Part shown: positions 31,915-36,852 of the stretch, one piece after another
How positions within the stretch are numbered: position 1 is the stretch's first letter
How the letters are laid out: every line of letters begins with the position of its first letter
Source: Chloroflexaceae bacterium
Lineage (GTDB): Bacteria > Cyanobacteriota > Cyanobacteriia > Cyanobacteriales > JAAUTE01
Direction of reading: 5' to 3'
NCBI GenBank assembly: GCA_012031815.1
Contig: JAAUTE010000003.1
Span: 1 to 36,852, forward strand
DNA length: 36,852 nt
Notes under the pieces: model-generated
Database searches by the model: none
What the model was told of the DNA's origin: nothing
What the model saw: the letters and a program-made list of their open reading frames with translations, nothing else
Translations under genes and position numbers: made by a program

Positions 31915-32863
31915 ATGAGTTCAATGTTGACCCATTTTTACTAAGGAAATTATCCTGCGAGCCGACAGTCAAGACCGTCTCGATCGCTGGCTAGCCAGCC
32001 AACCGGAAAGTTTATCGCGATCGCGAATTCAAAAGTTAATTGAAGCGGGCTGTGTTGAGGTGAATGGACAGGTTTGCTATGAGAAAAACACCAGGATACA
32101 AGTAGGGGATGAAATTGTGGTTGTCCTTCCTGAAGAGCAGCCGTTAGAGTTGAAACCTGAACGGATTCCCCTGGATATTCTCTATGAAGATGCAGAAATT
32201 ATTGTGATTAATAAACAGGCTGGCCTGGTGGTGCATCCGGCTCCCGGCCATTACAGTGGCACTCTAGTCAATGCTTTACTTTATCATTGCCAGGATTTAG
32301 CGGGAATTAACGGGATTCTACGGCCAGGTATCGTTCATCGTCTCGACAAGGACACCACGGGCGCGATCGCCGTTGCTAAAACCGATCGAGCTTACCAGTA
32401 CTTACAGGCTCAGTTTCAGACAAAAACGGCCCGTAGGGAATATTTAGGCGTAGTTTATGGCGTCCCACCTGGGGAAACGGGCACTATCGATCGGCCCCTG
32501 GGACGACATCCGGTAGATCGGGTCAAAATGTCGGTGGTTCCCCTAGAAAAAGGGGGTAGAACGGCGATAACTCACTACAAAATCCGGGAACGTTTGAGTA
32601 ACTACACCCTACTCCACTTTTGCCTGGAAACGGGGCGAACCCATCAAATTCGCGTTCATTGCCAATTTTTGGGCCATCCTTTAGTTGGCGATCGCGAATA
32701 TGGTTCTGGGCGATCGGTTGGGGTTAATTTACCCGGTCAGGCCCTACACGCTTGGAAACTAAGTTTAATTCACCCCGTAACTCAACAGTTAATTGAAACT
32801 TTCGCGCCCCTGCCAGAGCATTTTCAAAAACTTCTCTCGGTACTGCGCGATCGCTCCCGCTAA
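31915..32863 (+). CDS. RluA/RluD-family pseudouridine synthase, start region frameshifted at ~31937
   Basis: The S4 domain DRLDRWLA...SRSRIQKLI is in frame upstream of the called ORF; KQAGLVVHP, HRLDKDTTG, GRTHQIRVH, QALHA. Confidence 0.92.
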
Positions 32864-32896
32864 TCAAAAAATATAAATTCTATTCTTTAACCTGAT

Positions 32897-35800
32897 TCAA
32901 ACGGCAATTCCCTCCAATTCTTCATCAGTCAGCTCATATAATGCCTGTAGCTTTTGCAGTTTTTCCCCATCAGCTTGCCAAAAATTGCGACCATGTGCTT
33001 CTAATAGTCTGCCTACAATATTACGAAAGGCTTCAGGATTAGCCTGCCGCAATTTTGCTGCCATTTCTGAATCGAGAGCATAGGCATCAGCGGCTTGGTC
33101 ATACACCCAGTTGTCCTTAAATCTTGCCGTAGCCCCCCATCCAATTAAAGCGGTCATGCGTTGAGAAATTTCATAAGCTCCCCCCGATCCTTGATTAGCC
33201 ATTGCTTCAGCCCATTTCGGGTTCAGGAGTTTAGTTCGATATTCTAATCGTAATAAATCTTCCAACTTTCTTGGCGTTGTATCTCTGGAAAAACTCTCTA
33301 CAAAAGTCGTATTAACGCGCTTTCCACTTTGTTTTTCTGCTGCTTGTTTTAAAGCTCCTGTGTTGGCATAGTACTCCTGAATGTCGGTCAATCCATATTC
33401 CACTGAATCAATCTCCTGCACAATGCGATCGCAACTTTTCAAGAGTTGTTGCAATACTTCTGGTCTTGCTTGGCCTTTATCTTTACGACCATAGCTGTAG
33501 GCATTACGGCGCTCCCAAGTGGCAGCCAATTCTGTCTCTGAATCCCAGTTACTGTCGACGATTTGGTCGTTCACTAAAGAGCCAAAATCCCCTGCTGGGT
33601 TAGAAAAGAGCCGAGCAGCCGCATTAGTATTGCCTTGGGCTTGCAACTCCAGGGTATGTTTACGAATATAATTGTCCGAGATAGATTCCTTGACATGAGC
33701 AGCCCGTAAAAATAAATCATCTAGCAACTCAATAATATTCACAAAACTATCGCGGAAAATCCCAGATAGGTTAGCCAAGACATCAATGCGGGGATGACCC
33801 ACTTCAGAAATAGGTTTAAGTCCATAGCAGACAATGCGCCCTGTTCCTTCTTTAACTGGTTCAGCCCCGACTAATTCTAAAAGAATCCCTAAAGATTCGC
33901 CTTTGGTTTTAATTGCATCTAGTCCCCAGAGCATGACGGCGACGGTTTCAGGATAAGTGCTCTGCTCCTCCAGGTGTTGAGCAATTATTTTTTGAGCAAT
34001 TTCTCGTCCCCTTTCGTAAGCCGCAGGAGAAGGCATTCGATAGGGATCTAAGGCATGAATATTGCGTCCAGTCGGTAAAACACCGGGGCCATCTCGCAAC
34101 AGATCGCCACCAGGAGCCGGAAGAATGTATTCGCCATTTAGTCCGCGCAATAGATTAGTTATTTCTTCATCTGTTTGCAATAATAATTGGCGTGTCAATT
34201 TAGCTGTATCATCTTGTCCCGCGTAATCGTTAATCTTGGACTCGCTCAAATATGCCTGTACGTATGACTGCAATTTTTCTTCATCAGGAATTTCTCCTAA
34301 AATATGCAAGCCAGAGGAAAATAAACGTTGTTCCACAATTTGAAGATATTCGTAAACCTGGACAAAGTAACGGTTAATCGCATTTCGACTAAAAAGGCGG
34401 CTGTTTTCCACAGTAAAGTCAATACCGTCCTTAAGTCCTTCCACAAAAGGACAATCTTTATCCAACCCCGTATCGACAATTTTCTGACAAATTGAATCGC
34501 GCAAAATGTAATTTTTTGCTGGATCTTCTCGATATTCAGTAATTAATTCTCGCAAAGTCATGAGTTCTTTATACAAACCAGCTCTACCGTAGGGAGGAAC
34601 GTTATGAGAGATTAAAACCCCGTAACCTCGCCGTTTTGCTAAGATGGATTCCGATGGATTATTGGCCGCGTACACATATAAATTTGGCAGATTTCCCAAT
34701 AAAATATCCGGCCAGGAATAACCCGTGTTTCCCAAGGATGAACCGGGCAGCCATTCAACTGTGCCATGCATGCCGAAATGAACGATAGCATCAGCTTGAA
34801 GTTCTTCTTGCAGCCATTTATAAAATGCCGCATATTGTGGATGAGGGGTCAAGTCTTTCTCAAACATTAATCGCATGGGATCGCCCGCAATTCCTAATGG
34901 TGGTTGTACGCCAATCCAAATATTTCCATAGCGAATTCCCCCCATTACAAGTTCATCACCAATAGTTTTTATCCCCGTACCAGTTAAGCTCTGCCAATGT
35001 TTTTCAATGCGAGTGGTTAGCAAATATCCTAGCCACTTTTCTAAAACTTTGACATTGACGCGATAACTTGGTCTTTCGGCATAAGTTGCCTCGTCTGCTG
35101 CTTTGACTTCTTGAATAATGCCCTCTCCATCCTCAGGAAAGTCGCCCACTGTGTATCCTGCCTCTTTAAGCGCTTGCAAGAAATTAAGCAGCGATCGCGG
35201 AACGTTAAGCAAGGCCGCAGTTCCTGTAGCGCCGTAACCAGGGGGAAACCCATAGAGAATCACGGCAATTTTGCGATCGCAAGGAGGAGTTTGTCGAAGT
35301 TTTATCCAGCTTTTTAAGCGTCCGGTCAAGCGTTTCACTCGTTCAGGAATGAGATATATCTCTTCACCTACCAAACCTCCCAGCGGAATCGTGTCGATCG
35401 CGCCGTCTAATTCAGGGAGAGAATATAAAACAACACTTTGTAGTCCTCCAATTCCTTGTTTTGTCCAAGAATGAATATCTTGAATTAGCAAAGGCGCAGC
35501 AACAATGTAAGGAACATTTTTGGCACTGAGAATTCCTTTGGCAACTTCTACCTGCCGCCCGGCTTCCATAGAACCTGCTGGGCCCCCAACTAAAGGAAAG
35601 CCTATGGTAGAAACAATTGCATCCACTTCTATCGTGTCTTTTGATAATGAAGGAACTTCTACGATCCCTCGCTGTCGCTGCTGAGTCTCATGGCGAGTGG
35701 TCATCCAATCACGAACGGCAACATGCCCTTCCACGCCATTGAGAAAAATAGGTAGGGGAATTAATCCCTGTTGCTCAAACTGACGAATCAATTGAGGAAT

Positions 35801-36574
35801 ATAAGACTGTTTTGTAATTACATGCTTGCGATAAAGAAGAATTCCCACAGTTGGCTTATGGGTAGGGGATGAGTTATTTTTGCTCAACCTGTGCCAGCGA
35901 TATTTCTGATACCAGTCCCAATATTCACGAGGAGAACTGAAGTAACCAGGATAATCAGGATGTATCAATCCCGTATTCGGCGTTTCGATAGGCGGCTGAA
36001 TTTCGCCAACCTTTAATCCCAGGTACTTTTCGGCTAGCGTCCAACACAAAGCAGCAAAGTTTTCAGCTCCACCAGCATTCCAATAACCGTAGATAATCAA
36101 CCAATTTCGTAAGTCCTGAACTTTTTGAACGGGAATAAATTTAAGCAGTTTTGGCCCTGCTTTTAGAAAGCTAATATAACCAGCTAGCTTGTCTTCTTCT
36201 CGTCCACTAGAAAATTTGTTAAGAATAAATGCTACAGGTTTCGGCATTCCCTTGGACTTGTCTGCGATCGCAAATTTTCCCAGTTGAGTTAAGCTCATTA
36301 ATTCTAAAGCCGACTCGAACACTAAGCGAATGGGAATATGCCGCACCCGCTCCCGCAGCCACAGTACTTGATCATAGTCAAAAATTAGGCTACAAAAAAC
36401 AACTTGAGCATCTTTTAAAGCCGCTTCTAATAATTGGGGTGATGTTCTGATGTCGGCATCGCTAAATACCTGAACCTCCAGCGCCTGACAGCGAGCAGCA
36501 GCTATTTCGGCTCCCTGACGATACAGTTTAGAGTTGAAAGATTCAAATCCAGCAATTAAAACAATCCGTTCCAT
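32897..36574 (-). CDS. Magnesium chelatase H subunit-like protein (CobN/BchH family), non-canonical paralogue
   Basis: STIGFPLVGGPA, LPELDGAI, HFGMHGTVEWLPG, YAANNPSE..AKRR, LPTGRNIHALDP, SGIFRD, KLLNPKW. Confidence 0.9.
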   Translation of the reverse strand: MERIVLIAGFESFNSKLYRQGAEIAAARCQALEVQVFSDADIRTSPQLLEAALKDAQVVFCSLIFDYDQVLWLRERVRHIPIRLVFESALELMSLTQLGKFAIADKSKGMPKPVAFILNKFSSGREEDKLAGYISFLKAGPKLLKFIPVQKVQDLRNWLIIYGYWNAGGAENFAALCWTLAEKYLGLKVGEIQPPIETPNTGLIHPDYPGYFSSPREYWDWYQKYRWHRLSKNNSSPTHKPTVGILLYRKHVITKQSYIPQLIRQFEQQGLIPLPIFLNGVEGHVAVRDWMTTRHETQQRQRGIVEVPSLSKDTIEVDAIVSTIGFPLVGGPAGSMEAGRQVEVAKGILSAKNVPYIVAAPLLIQDIHSWTKQGIGGLQSVVLYSLPELDGAIDTIPLGGLVGEEIYLIPERVKRLTGRLKSWIKLRQTPPCDRKIAVILYGFPPGYGATGTAALLNVPRSLLNFLQALKEAGYTVGDFPEDGEGIIQEVKAADEATYAERPSYRVNVKVLEKWLGYLLTTRIEKHWQSLTGTGIKTIGDELVMGGIRYGNIWIGVQPPLGIAGDPMRLMFEKDLTPHPQYAAFYKWLQEELQADAIVHFGMHGTVEWLPGSSLGNTGYSWPDILLGNLPNLYVYAANNPSESILAKRRGYGVLISHNVPPYGRAGLYKELMTLRELITEYREDPAKNYILRDSICQKIVDTGLDKDCPFVEGLKDGIDFTVENSRLFSRNAINRYFVQVYEYLQIVEQRLFSSGLHILGEIPDEEKLQSYVQAYLSESKINDYAGQDDTAKLTRQLLLQTDEEITNLLRGLNGEYILPAPGGDLLRDGPGVLPTGRNIHALDPYRMPSPAAYERGREIAQKIIAQHLEEQSTYPETVAVMLWGLDAIKTKGESLGILLELVGAEPVKEGTGRIVCYGLKPISEVGHPRIDVLANLSGIFRDSFVNIIELLDDLFLRAAHVKESISDNYIRKHTLELQAQGNTNAAARLFSNPAGDFGSLVNDQIVDSNWDSETELAATWERRNAYSYGRKDKGQARPEVLQQLLKSCDRIVQEIDSVEYGLTDIQEYYANTGALKQAAEKQSGKRVNTTFVESFSRDTTPRKLEDLLRLEYRTKLLNPKWAEAMANQGSGGAYEISQRMTALIGWGATARFKDNWVYDQAADAYALDSEMAAKLRQANPEAFRNIVGRLLEAHGRNFWQADGEKLQKLQALYELTDEELEGIAV

Positions 36575-36852
36575 GTTCAAGTCCACTGGCTGTCATTAGA
36601 TATTATTTTACTAAATCGATCGGTGTGTAGACAAAAATAAGCTGAGTAGTTTTGCTGTTTTTACAGGGAAAATGGCTTGGGCGAAACCTCATGAATTATC
36701 ACCTATCGACTTGTGGCCAGCCAATCTCGAATTTCTTGCGCTAGCCACATAAGTTCTCGCTCAGTTAGTCTATTCCCTAAAAGCTGCGATCGAATTGCTC
36801 TGGATTATAATCGAATGAGACGTGATAATTACTTCTGTCGCGGCTACTCGTC

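Overview
Cyanobacterial chromosome segment, identified by more than 50 copies of the HIP1 octamer GCGATCGC plus rpaB, cp12, hik2, psrp3 and atpD-atpC. Core genes: hik2, DUF3155, rpsP-khpA, a cysteine desulfurase, DUF1995, a FIST protein, cp12 (missed by the ORF track), xseAB, radA, rpaB-ccb4, fni, groES-groEL with CIRCE and K-box, psrp3, atpD-atpC and an RluD-type synthase. Accessory genes: ChaB, a Zn-finger RelE/HigB-like ORF, an orphan Phd/YefM antitoxin, a TauE exporter, an SDR-SDR-FMO operon with a divergent esterase, Uma2 and a non-canonical Mg-chelatase H paralogue. About a dozen genes, including groEL and atpC, carry single-base indels, mostly in homopolymers; these are best read as long-read consensus errors. 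No CRISPR array, rRNA, tRNA or transposase was seen. Best leads: a membrane protein resembling a Rieske-oxygenase catalytic domain without its Rieske cluster, head-to-head with a His-less alpha/beta hydrolase; a candidate ~125-nt sRNA at 20.2-20.3 kb; an unpaired toxin-like gene with a structured upstream region and a distant unpaired antitoxin; and a perfect NtcA box in repressor position at DUF3155. All family calls come from motif recognition by eye, not database searches.
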